Source: Octopus bimaculoides (taxonomy: Eukaryota). From it: a stretch of DNA of 60,272 nucleotides. Below the pieces are notes generated by a model. The model did not search any database. It had not been told where the DNA came from and worked only from the letters and a program-made list of their open reading frames with translations. Below, one piece after another: positions 38,978-51,269 of this stretch. The stretch's first letter is position 1. Each line of letters opens with the position of its first letter. The stretch is from positions 20,304,449-20,364,720 of the forward strand of contig NC_068999.1 in NCBI RefSeq assembly GCF_001194135.2. The letters run 5' to 3'. A program made the position numbers and the translations under genes.

Positions 38978-39859
38978 CGAATTATGATCAATAAGTATAA
39001 GGACTGTTGCCATAGTAATTAAACTAAAGTACTCAAAGTAAAGCCGCTTTGCAAGGATTGACCATGAACTCTGCTATGCATGCGCTCTAAGTTCTAACGC
39101 TGTAGCTCACATCCGCTGATTACAGCAGTGCTTGGAAGGAACGTTTGGAGAGTTCAATCGTCGCAATGACCATGACTGATAAACTTATGGAGATATCTCT
39201 TCAGAGGCCTACGCAATGCTGTAGAAAGTGTATGGAGAGGAGTGTATAAGCCACATACAAGTGTACTTGTCGTACAGACGTTTCCAAGATGGCCGAAAAA
39301 TGTCGATATTCACGAATGTTCTGGGAGACCCGCAACCAGTAGAACTGAGAAAAGAAGATCGGAGATGTGCGTGCAGCTGTGAGGGAAAATCGTCGAATCA
39401 CCATCCGTGAATTATCAGAGGATGTACAGATTAGTTACGGTTTATTATCACTGAATATTTGCGCATAAGATTTGAGTTTGCCGAGTTTGTGCCAAACCTA
39501 GTTTCAGCTGACCAAAAAGACAAACGGATTTCAATTGCACAAGATTTAGATCATGTCGTGAACGACGAAAACTTTTACAAAACTTTGCATAAGTGTCTTA
39601 GTAGGTATTGCCAAGCTTTTTGGGATACTTTGACGTAGATTTTCTGCTCAACTTTCTCTGTCATGGTCAATACGACGAATCACACTGTACACACCTTCCT
39701 TCAAAGCACTGCTGTAAATAGCGAAAATGAGTCGGAACACTAAAACTTAGTGCGCATGCACAGCTAAGGTCAACGTCAATATGTGCCGAGCAGATTTACT
39801 CTGCCTGCTTTAGATTTGTTACTATAGCAACAGTCCGTATACCTATTAACCAGACGGCG
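38978..39859 (+). mobile_element. Non-autonomous mariner derivative whose 3' end is an inverted copy of its 5' end (~200-bp inverted arms)
   Basis: TA-flanked. The arms share gatcaataagtat..ggactgttgc.atagtaa, tacagcagtgctt.gaagga and gaccATGac. ATG lies 194 and 195 nt from the respective ends. The interior encodes EAYAML*KVYGEEC...RRFQDGR and FVPNLVSADQK (mariner N-terminus). Confidence 0.85.
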
Positions 39860-39869
39860 TAAGTGTTAA

Positions 39870-40380
39870 TTTCATTGTAAATACATGTAAGATTTTACTG
39901 TGGTAAACGGCATTACTTGCGTGGTTACAAAATTGATTGAATTACTTGAATAATCTTGAATAATGCTGAAATTTTCGCAGGCCAAATGCTATTTTATACG
40001 ATCATATGAAGTAGAACGAATGCCAAAGCGTATTTTAAAATTTTCAAAAGAACAATGAATTCTCGATCTTCCGTCTCAAACGAAAGTTTTCCTTGGACAA
40101 ACTCTCTTTTAGATGAAGTGCTGATTTTTGTTTGAAACTCTGGACGTATATCGAAACAAACGTGGTTTTGTTCATTGCTGGACTGCAAAGTGTATATGTA
40201 AGTTGCTGTATAATTGCTAGAAATGATTACCCGTAAGCTTGGCTATCTTGGTGATATTTGCGTCATTTTGACATGAATGATTTTGTCCAAAAGGTAATGG
40301 AAATATGGTAAATATTAGGAGCGATACTGATACTGTTATCAGAAGGACATTTCCAAGCAAGTCTACTTTTCCCTCCCCTC
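39870..40380 (-). pseudogene. Possible class A GPCR remnant (TM4-TM7)
   Basis: VLLITVSVSLLIFTIFPLPFGQNHSC, EDREFIVLLKILKYALAFVLL and SSNSINFV, in order but in different frames. Weak. Confidence 0.3.
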
Positions 40381-40924
40381 ATGCGTGTTTCTTTTTGTTT
40401 TAAATGCAATGTATCTAAAATAGTTGTATAACAAATATAACATCCAGCTGTATTTTGAGAGCATATTTAAATATTGAACATAACCTTTAACTTATCATGA
40501 ATCTTAACTTGGGTGAAATGGGTTGATTTGAATTTCAAATTAATTTTAACGCTTTAACTGCATATTATTGCTGAATATATAAATAAACGAGATAGCAACC
40601 GTTGTTTGAATTGTCGGCACCAACCTAATAATACTCGGCAAGGTTCCATTCTGTTGCTTTGGCTCTCCATCCCACGGATTTCAATTAGATAATGAGTTCT
40701 TATACACATAACATTCTGGATAAGTTTTAGCGCCTACCTTTTAACATAGTTCTCGCTTTCTGACAAATGCTACCAGCTTTCTCCGTTTTTTCTCCTAGAT
40801 ATATGGAAGATTAGATTTTAACTATGTAATCGTAATCTAAAGAACTACTTTGCTTAGTAACTTATGTAAAAAAAAAAAACATAATTTTTTTCTGAACAAT
40901 GTAAGTCATATTATAAAGCATACA

Positions 40925-40990
40925 GAAGAAGAAGAAGAAGAAGAAGAAGAAGAAGAAGAAGAAGAAGAAGAAGAAGAAGAAGAAGAAGAA
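40925..40990. repeat. (GAA)n microsatellite
   Basis: Directly visible; it explains the poly-Glu ORF. Confidence 0.95.
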
Positions 40991-41129
40991 ACGTTACTAC
41001 AGTGCATGCATTTTCCCAAAACAATAAAATTTGAAAAGAGGAAAGCTACTTAAGATTAAAGATATCACACTAGATAAAATTAAATAAAAGAATTACACCA
41101 AACCCAAACATGCAAATAGTTAGGAATCA

Positions 41130-42100
41130 ATAGACTAGATACAATACAACACTTAAAAATGATAGAGAATATAAGGAAGGTAGAATTATACTTAAAACAC
41201 AGCTCAGTGCGAAAAACAAGATAATAGGTATGAACACTCTAGCTGTCCCAGTTTTAAGTTGCGGATAGAATATTCTTAATTAGGCACTAAATTAATTCAC
41301 CGGACTATACGTGAAAACAAGAAAAATAACGACGTAATTTAGGATTAACCAACCAAAATTTGACATAGAATGGTTATATATATAAAGAAATTGAACGTAT
41401 TAGGGTATTAGAGGAGTAGAACTACTATCAAAAAAAGACACCATAAGATTACAGAAAGCCTAAAAATACAAGATAGAAGTTACAATACCTGAGAACTATG
41501 AAGAAAAAGAGGAAAACAAAAAAAGCTGTAGACGAACTGAAGTCTAAACTAAAACTGAAGAAACAAAATACCATGATAAAACGGTGGCAAGAAAGGCTCT
41601 TACATGGCAAATACTGGGATAAGCTAAACAGAAGAGTAGACCAAGTAAAATCCCAACAATGTTTGAGACGTTCAGGACTCAAAGCACACAGAAGGTTTTT
41701 GATTGTTGCACAATATCAAAGGTTCCCAATCCGAAACCACCGAAAGAACATAATGAAAAAAATACAAGTAACTGCAGAATATGTGGTGATGAGGAAGAAG
41801 CAATAAGCCATAGTGTCTCTGGACGACGAGTCCTGGCTAAAAAGGAATATATCCACAGACATGACAGATTTGGAACCTATATACACCAGAAGCTACGCTA
41901 GCACTATGGAATAACGACAGAGAAAGGATTATATAGGCATATCCATGTAAAGGTCTCAGAAAATGACAAAGCAACCATGCTGTGTGATATGCCAATGCAC
42001 ACAGATGGAGAAATCATGTCTAATTAACCGGATATAGCTGTCAGAGATCATCAATATTAAAGTGCCTTCTAATCGATGACAATATACCTCTAAAAGAAAC
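41130..42100 (+). mobile_element. R4/Dong-type non-LTR retrotransposon fragment (post-RT region, zinc knuckle, start of RLE), followed by (TCTAT)n
   Basis: KNKIIGMNTLAVPVL; WQERLLHGKYW; SGLKA; CRICGDEEEAISHSVSG...LAKKEYIHRHD...IHQKL; CDMPMHTD...N*PDIAV. Confidence 0.85.
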
Positions 42101-42698
42101 GGAGAAACTCTGTATTCTATTCTATTCTATTCTATTCTATTCTATTCTATTCTATTCCATTTATAGTTTTTTTTTTAATGCAAGTATCTGTCTGCTCGAA
42201 CAATTAGGATAAGCATTTAAAATAAATAACTAAAAAAATAGCAAATAATTGCGTGTCCCAACATGTGCTCAGCCTTTGTGAACCTATTGGTTAAAGTAAC
42301 ATCAACAGCTATTTCCAACAGTCATTTCACCTTAATTTAACTGTGTTGATATATGTAGCCATCTGTATTTCTGTCTATTATCCATTAATGAATCTATCAA
42401 TTTGGATTGATTCATTTACAGCGTAAAGATATAGAAACGGTTAGATATTAAAATCTTTCACAAATAAACTTGTATTTTTAATCCCTGTCATAATACCCTA
42501 TTAGACGATATTCAAAATCATGTAACAGCTTTCAGTCAACACTAACTCACTCACTCTATTTATCGCACTCTCTCTTTACATCTCCTTTTAACATGCTTAT
42601 TTTGCTCTGCCTTACTATTATCTTCCTTCAACTAACCAGAAATTATGAGAGCAATATGCAACTTACTTTCTCTGCCTCTAACACTCAATATAACTGCC

Positions 42699-42785
<87 letters not shown>

Positions 42786-42997
42786 TCTCTCTCTCTCTCT
42801 CTCTCTCGCTCTCTCTCTATCTCTCTTTCTATCCATATTTCTTTCCTTAACCTCACCACCACAGCTTAACCCCTTTGATAATTATTGCATTTCTAAGTCT
42901 CCTGTATATCTCTCCCACCGGCTAACATTCTAAACACATAATAACTCTTACCTTTCCTCAACCTCACGTTGTTAAGGCTTCTCTCTGCTTCTTTTCC

Positions 42998-43528
42998 GTT
43001 CGCCCTTCGTCTTTCCCTTCAACTAACATGACGGATTAACCCATTCATCTGTAACTAATTAATATATACGTAATAATGTTTACAAATTTTGGCACAAAAT
43101 CAGCAAGTTCGATCTTCGCCTTTCCCTTCAACTAACGTGACAGATTAACACATTTGGCTTCAACTAGCGTGACAGATTAACACATTCGGCATCAACTAAC
43201 GTGACAGATTAACACATTCAGCTTTAACATATAAATAACCATAATAATGTTTTCGAATTTTGGCGCAAGATCGGCAAGTTCGCTCTTCGCCTTTACCTTC
43301 AACTAACGAGACAGATTAACACATTCGGCTTCAACCAACATGACAGATTAACCCATTCAGCTTAACGTATTAAATAAATATATACATAATGTTTCCAATT
43401 TTTGGCGCAAGATCAGAAAGTTCGCTCTTCGGCTTTACCTTCAACTAACGTAACAGATTGATCCATTCAGCTTTAATGTATTAATATATACACAATATGT
43501 TTTCAAATTTTGGCACAAGACCGACAAG
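42998..43528. repeat. Higher-order minisatellite: four ~109-bp units carrying 1, 3, 2 and 1 copies of an internal ~30-bp subrepeat
   Basis: Unit starts at 42998, 43107, 43278 and 43420 (lengths 109, 171, 142, ~108). The subrepeat is cttcaactaacgtgacagattaacacattcgg. Confidence 0.9.
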
Positions 43529-43700
43529 ATCGAGTAGAGTGTAAGTCGATTACATCGAATCAAGTGTTTAGCTCGAACTTATTTTATCGATCTCGAAATG
43601 ATGAAAGACAATATCCTCCTCTGTTGAATTTGAACTGAGGACGTGAAGACGGACGAAATGCAGTGACGTATTTAGTTCGGCATGGTAACGATTCTGCCAG
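43500..43700 (-). mobile_element. tRNA-derived SINE whose 3' end is continuous with the last unit of the array
   Basis: tttcaaattttggcacaagacc...taagtcgattacatcg...acttattttatcgatctcgaaatgatgaaag...aacgattctgccagcc. Confidence 0.8.
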
Positions 43701-44129
43701 CCTTAATAATGATAATAATAATAATCCTATTATAGACAAACGCCTCTAATTTTGAGGGAGGAGGCAAGTCGAATACCTCGACACCAATGCTCGACTGGCA
43801 CTTGTTTCATCAGCCCCAAAATGATGGATATTAATCGACATCAGCAGAATTTAAGTTCAGAGCTCGGGAAGCCAAATGACATTCCCAACAACTATCCACA
43901 GAGCTAACATCGATAGGGTTACAGTCGGTAACATCTCTCCCATTACCGGACAATTTGTGGCGGTCAGTTTAGGGAACGCGTTTCGCAACCACTAGGCAGC
44001 TCCAGCTTGATCAACTTTGAAGTATCTTAGAAAAGCATCGACTAGCTTAAACCAAGGAGGGAGATGCTGTAAAGTCGTTCGTTGAAGCAGAAAGCAGAAA
44101 TAGTAGAAACATTTCTATTTCAAAGTACA

Positions 44130-44717
44130 GTAAATATCCATTACAAACGGAAAACTACATTGCTTAACATTCTACTGGTACTTTATGTATTTCTCCTGCC
44201 CTAGTACTTTATCTGTTGATCTCAAAATTGTAAGAGGTGAGATATAAAATCAGAACAACACGTCAGAACAAATACCGCGAAGTAATTTATTACTTTTTGA
44301 AGACTCTACAAATATAACGCCTTATACATTAAATATTACAATCACCAAATAAAGACTAGAAAGATTGTGACTATCTCATAAGAATTTTACGAAGTACATA
44401 ACTACTGCATATTTTACTGTATTCAGCCACCGCTGTAAGAAAGGCAATTCCTTCCTTGTTAGGTTCTATCTGACAAACTACAAAGAGGTTATTCAATAAT
44501 GTATATAACTCACGTTTTATAATCTCTTCTGCTCATCCAGAGCCTTAAAATAGTAATATTGATTCTGACATCGTATAAGCCCAAGACTATAATCTTGCAG
44601 GTGAACATATATTCGAACATATATAAAGGTCTTCGGATGGTAAGTTATTAAATTGCTTTCCAAATGATAAGCGGTGAAATTGAGTTTCTTGGAATTAAAA
44701 CACGTAAAATAATGCAA
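44130..44717 (-). pseudogene. Possible class A GPCR remnant (TM1-TM4)
   Basis: YHPKTFIYVRIYVHL (Y.P...G+.GN-like with single-base changes), NQYYYFKAL (TM2-like) and VKFL*DSHNLSSLYLVIVIFNV*GVIF (TM3-like). Confidence 0.35.
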
Positions 44718-45265
44718 CAGAAACTGTATAAGTATCTTCTTGGCGTTATCCGTATTATTAGTTAATGGAGTCCGTTATTATGGGGAGAAGGAGACAGAAA
44801 GGCTGACAGCCAGAGAGACAGAGAGAAAGCAAATGTGTGTGTGTATTTCAGTGTTGGCGTTTATGTGTGTTTATGGTGATTGTGTGTGTGAGAAGGGCAG
44901 AGTTCTCAGCAACACAAGGTACTATAGTTAGATAATAAATACTGAGGCGTTAGCAATGTACTTCAACGGTGTCGAATTTTACCTGCTATCCGATATGCAT
45001 AGATGAACAGTCATCTTAGCTCTAATGTAACATACTATAACATTGCAGGCTTCAATAAATCAGCAGTACATTAAATCAATCACTGCTCTTGATCGATGCC
45101 TTTTATTATCACCACCCACAAAATGGAAGCCTAAAGTTGACAATAGCGTGATTGAAACATAGAGTGCAAAGGACGCATAACAAACACATGCATGCGCGCG
45201 CACACATACGCGCATGCATATATANNNNNNNNNNACACCAAATATATACATATAAGTACCTATGC

Positions 45266-45321
<56 letters not shown>

Positions 45322-46225
45322 ATGTGTGTGTGTGTGTGTGTGTACACCAAAAATAACTAGATATCGATTATTATAAAATTCACAGATTGATTATGAAAAT
45401 ATCTTGAAAAGCAGTTTATTCTTTGACTTATTGTGACAAGAATCATATTTTAAAACGTGGATGGTGTGCAAGTTGTAGGTATTATACAGAACTGACAAAA
45501 TCTTTGCTATATTTACATCAGATCAATATTAATCAAATTTCAAATTCCGCTCAAGAAAACATACGTATCTGGTTAAATACAAATAAGTAACAGTGATGAA
45601 ATGGATTGCTATGTTCGACTAAATGAACAAAACATTCTCAGTTTTACTCCATTGAAAAACAATACGTATATTTTTACAATCATATTTGTCCTTTAACGTT
45701 ATTCCTGGTATTTTCCCCAGAAGCAATATCGCCTATTATGATATAAACAGTATCAAAATTTCTTTATTTCTTCAGCACAGAAACGCTATCTATTTATATA
45801 TCGCATGTTTTACAAACACATGGTCGAGAATCACAGTTCTACATTTAGATCTTCTCCAGATTATAAACAGACAATATCACTTTTCTTGTATTACGATCAA
45901 CACTGCAGTTTGATCATTCATGTTACCTGCCGTTATATGTTTATATTATCAAGTTTAAATATTTCGAGGCTAGATTTGAACCAACCAAGCCATTGTTTCT
46001 GTCGAATCACAGTTGAGACATGCGTTCTATATCATTGGTCGTTCTTGTGGTTGCTTTTGTGAATATGAGTGTGTTTGTGGGTGAGAATAAGTTGTCTAAT
46101 ACTAAATGTATAACCAACGGGATTAGCTTCAGTATTCGGTGAGTTTTATAGAACAGAAAATTTTAAATTGTAACATTGGTAAGAATTTCTCTCATAGAGT
46201 TAGAATTTTAAGAGTGTCACAAAAT

Positions 46226-46640
46226 AAGGCAGAGAGCTGGCAAAATAATTAGCCTAACGGACAAATTGTTTAGTGGTATCTTGTCCAAGGCGGCGAGTTG
46301 GCAGAATCGTTAGCACGCCGGGTGAAACGCTTAGCGGTATTTCATCTGCCGTTACGTTCTGAGATCCTTTCGGGGTCTATTAAATAATTACCAGTTACGC
46401 ACTGGGGTAGATATAATCGACGTAATCCCTTGTTTGTCCACTCTATGTTTAGCCCCCTGTGGACAATAAAAACAAATAGGTATCTCGTCCATTTTTAAAA
46501 GATCAAATTCCACCACGGTCGACATTGCCATTTATCTTTTCAATGTCCTTGAAATAAGTAACAATGGATCACTGAGGTCGATGAAATCATCTTACTTCCT
46601 ACTCCAAAATCCTGTCCTGGTGCCAAAATGTGAGAACAAT
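46226..46640 (+). mobile_element. Nested SINEs: inner element 46288-46478 inserted into an older SINE with a 13-bp TSD
   Basis: ggtatcttgtcca (46275-46287) and ggtatctcgtcca (46479-46491) flank the inner aggcggcgagttggcagaatcgttagc...caataaaaacaaata; the outer SINE resumes afterwards. Confidence 0.85.
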
Positions 46641-47194
46641 ATTTTCATTGCATGCTAACTTTTAAATATTATAGATTCATTGAGTAAGCGCATTCGATTC
46701 CTTGACCGAATGGTGCTTTGTGCTGTTGAATAAAATACTTTATCGCACGTTGTCCTGCGGTTATTTCGTCATCGAAGATGTGGCACACTGTTGCACCTAC
46801 ACAGATAAAATCGCTATGATGGAGACACCAGACACAAATATTCGATCACTGTGAAGAAATTCTCTGTGCAGAATCGTATATTCTGAGATTCGAATGACTA
46901 CCGCACATCTACACATACCTACATTCTTTAAAATTGAGCTTTTCAATATACAAAACAACAAAAATGATTGAAAATAAATAGGTATTATTTTCTTTCCTTT
47001 ATAAGACCCACGAATTTGATTTTATAAAAATAAGGTTATAAGATTTTCATAACAATAGTTCATAACAAAGTCCACAATTGTATTATTATAACACGGACAA
47101 TTGCTCAGTATCAGAATTGCCAATTTTTTTTAATATGCATATACATACATATATATATATATATCTACATATATATATATATATATATATATAA

Positions 47195-47226
<32 letters not shown>

Positions 47227-48128
47227 NNNNNNNNNNNNNNNNNNNNNNNNNNNNNNNNNNNNNNNNNNNNNNNNNNNNNNNNNNNNNNNNNNNNNNNNNN
47301 NNNNNNNNNNNNNNNNNNNNNNNNNNNNNNNNNNNNNNNNNNNNNNNNNNNNNNNNNNNNNNNNNNNNNNNNNNNNNNNNNNNNNNNNNNNNNNNNNNNN
47401 NNNNNNNNNNNNNNNNNNNNNNNNNNNNNNNNNNNNNNNNNNNNNNNNNNNNNNNNNNNNNNNNNNNNNNNNNNNNNNNNNNNNNNNNNNNNNNNNNNNN
47501 NNNNNNNNNNNNNNNNNNNNNNNNNNNNNNNNNNNNNNNNNNNNNNNNNNNNNNNNNNNNNNNNNNNNNNNNNNNNNNNNNNNNNNNNNNNNNNNNNNNN
47601 NNNNNNNNNNNNNNNNNNNNNNNNNNNNNNNNNNNNNNNNNNNNNNNNNNNNNNNNNNNNNNNNNNNNNNNNNNNNNNNNNNNNNNNNNNNNNNNNNNNN
47701 NNNNNNNNNNNNNNNNNNNNNNNNNNNNNNNNNNNNNNNNNNNNNNNNNNNNNNNNNNNNNNNNNNNNNNNNNNNNNNNNNNNNNNNNNNNNNNNNNNNN
47801 NNNNNNNNNNNNNNNNNNNNNNNNNNNNNNNNNNNNNNNNNNNNNNNNNNNNNNNNNNNNNNNNNNNNNNNNNNNNNNNNNNNNNNNNNNNNNNNNNNNN
47901 NNNNNNNNNNNNNNNNNNNNNNNNNNNNNNNNNNNNNNNNNNNNNNNNNNNNNNNNNNNNNNNNNNNNNNNNNNNNNNNNNNNNNNNNNNNNNNNNNNNN
48001 NNNNNNNNNNNNNNNNNNNNNNNNNNNNNNNNNNNNNNNNNNNNNNNNNNNNNNNNNNNNNNNNNNNNNNNNNNNNNNNNNNNNNNNNNNNNNNNNNNNN
48101 NNNNNNNNNNNNNNNNNNNNNNNNNNNN

Positions 48129-48161
<33 letters not shown>

Positions 48162-48409
48162 TAATGCCAATTTACAAAGAGTGGATAGCAAGAACAGAAT
48201 ACATAATACAAATTGTTATGAACTATGTTTATTAAATAGCCTTCGCACCTATGAAGTAGATAATACGTTTTTTCTAAACTCTTCAGAAAATCATATTATC
48301 TTGAAGTATATGATTTGCGTATACTACAACTTAAACTAATTCGTGAAAACAATAGCAAATAATACTGATATATATATAGACAGACAGACAAACAGATAGA
48401 CAGAAAGAT

Positions 48410-48448
<39 letters not shown>

Positions 48449-48458
48449 AAGAAAGAGA

Positions 48459-48490
<32 letters not shown>

Positions 48491-48529
48491 AAGAGAGATA
48501 GAGACGGCTGGATAGAAAGACAGAGAGTC

Positions 48530-48620
<91 letters not shown>

Positions 48621-48649
48621 AATACACATACATACATTTACATATATAT

Positions 48650-49632
48650 TCCAGGAGGTACCGAAAAGAAACCGGAAACGTTCTCTGCTGGAGAAGCCCT
48701 TTGCAGTTCAGGCCCCCATCGATAGAAGTCACTTGATGCCACACTGCGACATCAGTCTGCCAAACGGCGTCGTCGCTTGGGGTCATTAGAAGGACGCTGT
48801 CACGAACAGAACATATGCTTACGAGTGGTTTTCATGCTTTATGAACGGCCATTTGTTGGCTGAAGTCCAACCTCGATGAGGGCGATAGTCGAGCATTTGA
48901 ATATATAAAAGCATCACGAAAATTCATGAACTCATCTTGGTGGACCATCGCCAAGCAATTCATTAACTTGATATGACTGGTGTGTCTTGGAGATCCTCCC
49001 AACGAATTATGATAGAGAAATTGCTAAAGAAAAGAGATGCTGCGCAAGTTATGCATCGCTTGCAAAAAAATATCAAAATCAGCCACGACTGAATACGAGT
49101 CGTGAACTGAAGGAACAATTGGAATTTAATCCGAAAACTTTTTCGAAGATCTTCAGTGGGAATGAAAGCTGGCGCTACGTCTACAACCAGGAAACGAAGT
49201 AGATATCAAATCATTGCATGCATTCAGTGTCACCACGCCCCAAAAGAACACGTCAAGTGAAATCCAATGTCAAGATGATATTCATCTGTTTCATTGATAC
49301 AACAAGTAATATCGATTTGACAGTCCTGAAGTGTTTGTGAAATGCGATTGGACGAAATTGCCCCGACAAGTGTCAAAGTGGAGAATGGTGGTTTCACCAC
49401 GACAATGCGCCTGCACACATTGCCTTGAGTGTGGGATAGTTTTTGACGAAAATTGGCATGATCCGCTTACCTACTATTCACCCGATCTTCAGTTCACCCC
49501 AATGAGAAATGTCCTTAAAGGAAAATGTTGAAAAAAGCGACAAAAAACAACGAGGGTGCGTTAAAGGGCATCACTTCGGAAGAGTTCCAGGTCTGCTTCG
49601 AACAATGGAAAACGTGTATGGACCGATGCATA
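48650..49632 (+). mobile_element. Decayed mariner (DD34D-type) transposon; right TIR lost in (TA)n
   Basis: AYEWFSCF.NG (HTH), SGNESWRYVYNQETK (TGDE.W..Y..ETK), SPRPKRTRQVKSNVK, WWFHHDNAPAH, YSPDL and FQVCFEQWKTCMDRCI. Confidence 0.85.
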
Positions 49633-49662
49633 TATATATGTATGTATATATGTGTATGTATA

Positions 49663-49699
<37 letters not shown>

Positions 49700-49801
49700 A
49701 TATATATATATATATATATATATATGAATAATTACTCAAGCATGTAGTATAAGGTTACATGTGGACATACGTATGTGTATATGCATATATATATATATAT
49801 A

Positions 49802-49855
<54 letters not shown>

Positions 49856-49999
49856 CACATACGTACATATAGATATATAATTTTATATGTAAATATAAAT
49901 TGGTAATGGAAGCCAAAATAATAAACTGAACAATCAAATAATTTAATCATTAAATTATAAATTCAATTGAACTTTATTCTTTTATACACACAAATGAAG

Positions 50000-50215
50000 C
50001 GAAAGAACTCCGCAAATGATCTGTTTATACTGATCAAGTGCTTGTACTGCACATTTGGTTCCTCTCTCCATCAAATCGACGTCGTCGGAACAGGTCCACG
50101 TTGTACCACGCCTTAGGAGTCGAAGTGATCGCAGGGCAATGTGAGAGGAATCTTGCCCAACAACACAACGCACTACCCACTCTAGGTATTGAAAGCACGA
50201 TCCCTCGAGTACGGC
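50000..50215 (-). mobile_element. Old SINE remnant of another family (similar piece at ~46690-46830 +)
   Basis: gcgttgtgttgttgggcaagattcctctcacattgc resembles the post-B-box segment gcgttgtgttcttgagcaag. Degenerate. Confidence 0.45.
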
Positions 50216-51192
50216 ACATACACACATACACACACACACACAAACATACATACATACACACACACCTATGCGTGTGTATGTTTGTGTATATTCTCAGCTG
50301 GATTCGTCTGAGTTCACTCCTACCGTGTGTAATCTGGACATGTGTCTTCTGCTATAGCCTCCTTGTACACAGAACTGTCGGTGATTGGGCTTATATCCTT
50401 GTCTTCAAATTTAGTATGTACTCAAGAGTAATGTAATTGACTTTATCCGTAAACTAAAACCTAGGTCTTCAAAATAACCCTGACTTTTACTAGTATATTC
50501 GTGGCATTTTCTCCGAAGAATAATGGGTACAGAAGAATCCTTTTGGAGCTTACACAAACCTAATGTTACTTGCACACTAATTTATTTAGAATACAACCTT
50601 GATGAGAATGCTATATTATCATCTGTTGTTGTAAAGGAACTGATGTTTGGTGTAGAAGACATGTTTCTGAAGGATGCGGTGAAGAAGTGTTTTAGGTTTC
50701 AATGTACCTGTATAGTGAACGTAGTCGAATTGAATTTAGAACCCGCTTCTTACAAACTAGCTGGTAATTCTGTAGCTCCTGTTCAATAGCTTTGAAGAAG
50801 GTTATCTCACATCATTTTGTAAGAGATATTCAGGATATCGGTTAGTAGTTGACTTACATATATTGCGTAGTGATAGATAATTTTATGTAAGTTATTTTAT
50901 TACGTCATTTATGAATGTGAGGATAAAAGTATTCTATGCAATATTTTAAATGGGAATCATTTTCAGCATGGAAGATATATACGTGCACTATCTCATACGT
51001 ATATTCTTCATTTCTTAACATATAGTTCACTCATACGATTGGATAAAGCGAACATTCTTTCACTTGTTAGTGTATTTTAACGATGGTACACTGTATTTCG
51101 TACGTGACTATGTGATTATGAATGTTGTGTATATCTATAACTACATATATATATATATACATACATATATATATACGCATACATACAGAATG

Positions 51193-51241
<49 letters not shown>

Positions 51242-51269
51242 CCTGGTCTGTTTATTATATCAATGTTTG

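Noticed and set aside
42998-43528. Repeat-spacer look resembling a CRISPR array
   Set aside because: The intervening sequences are homologous rather than unique spacers, there are no cas genes, and the context is eukaryotic.
45600-45960. Weak TM6/TM7-like words on the minus strand (NDQTAVLIVI, KF*YCLY)
   Set aside because: Too short and degenerate to count as another receptor copy without an HMM search.
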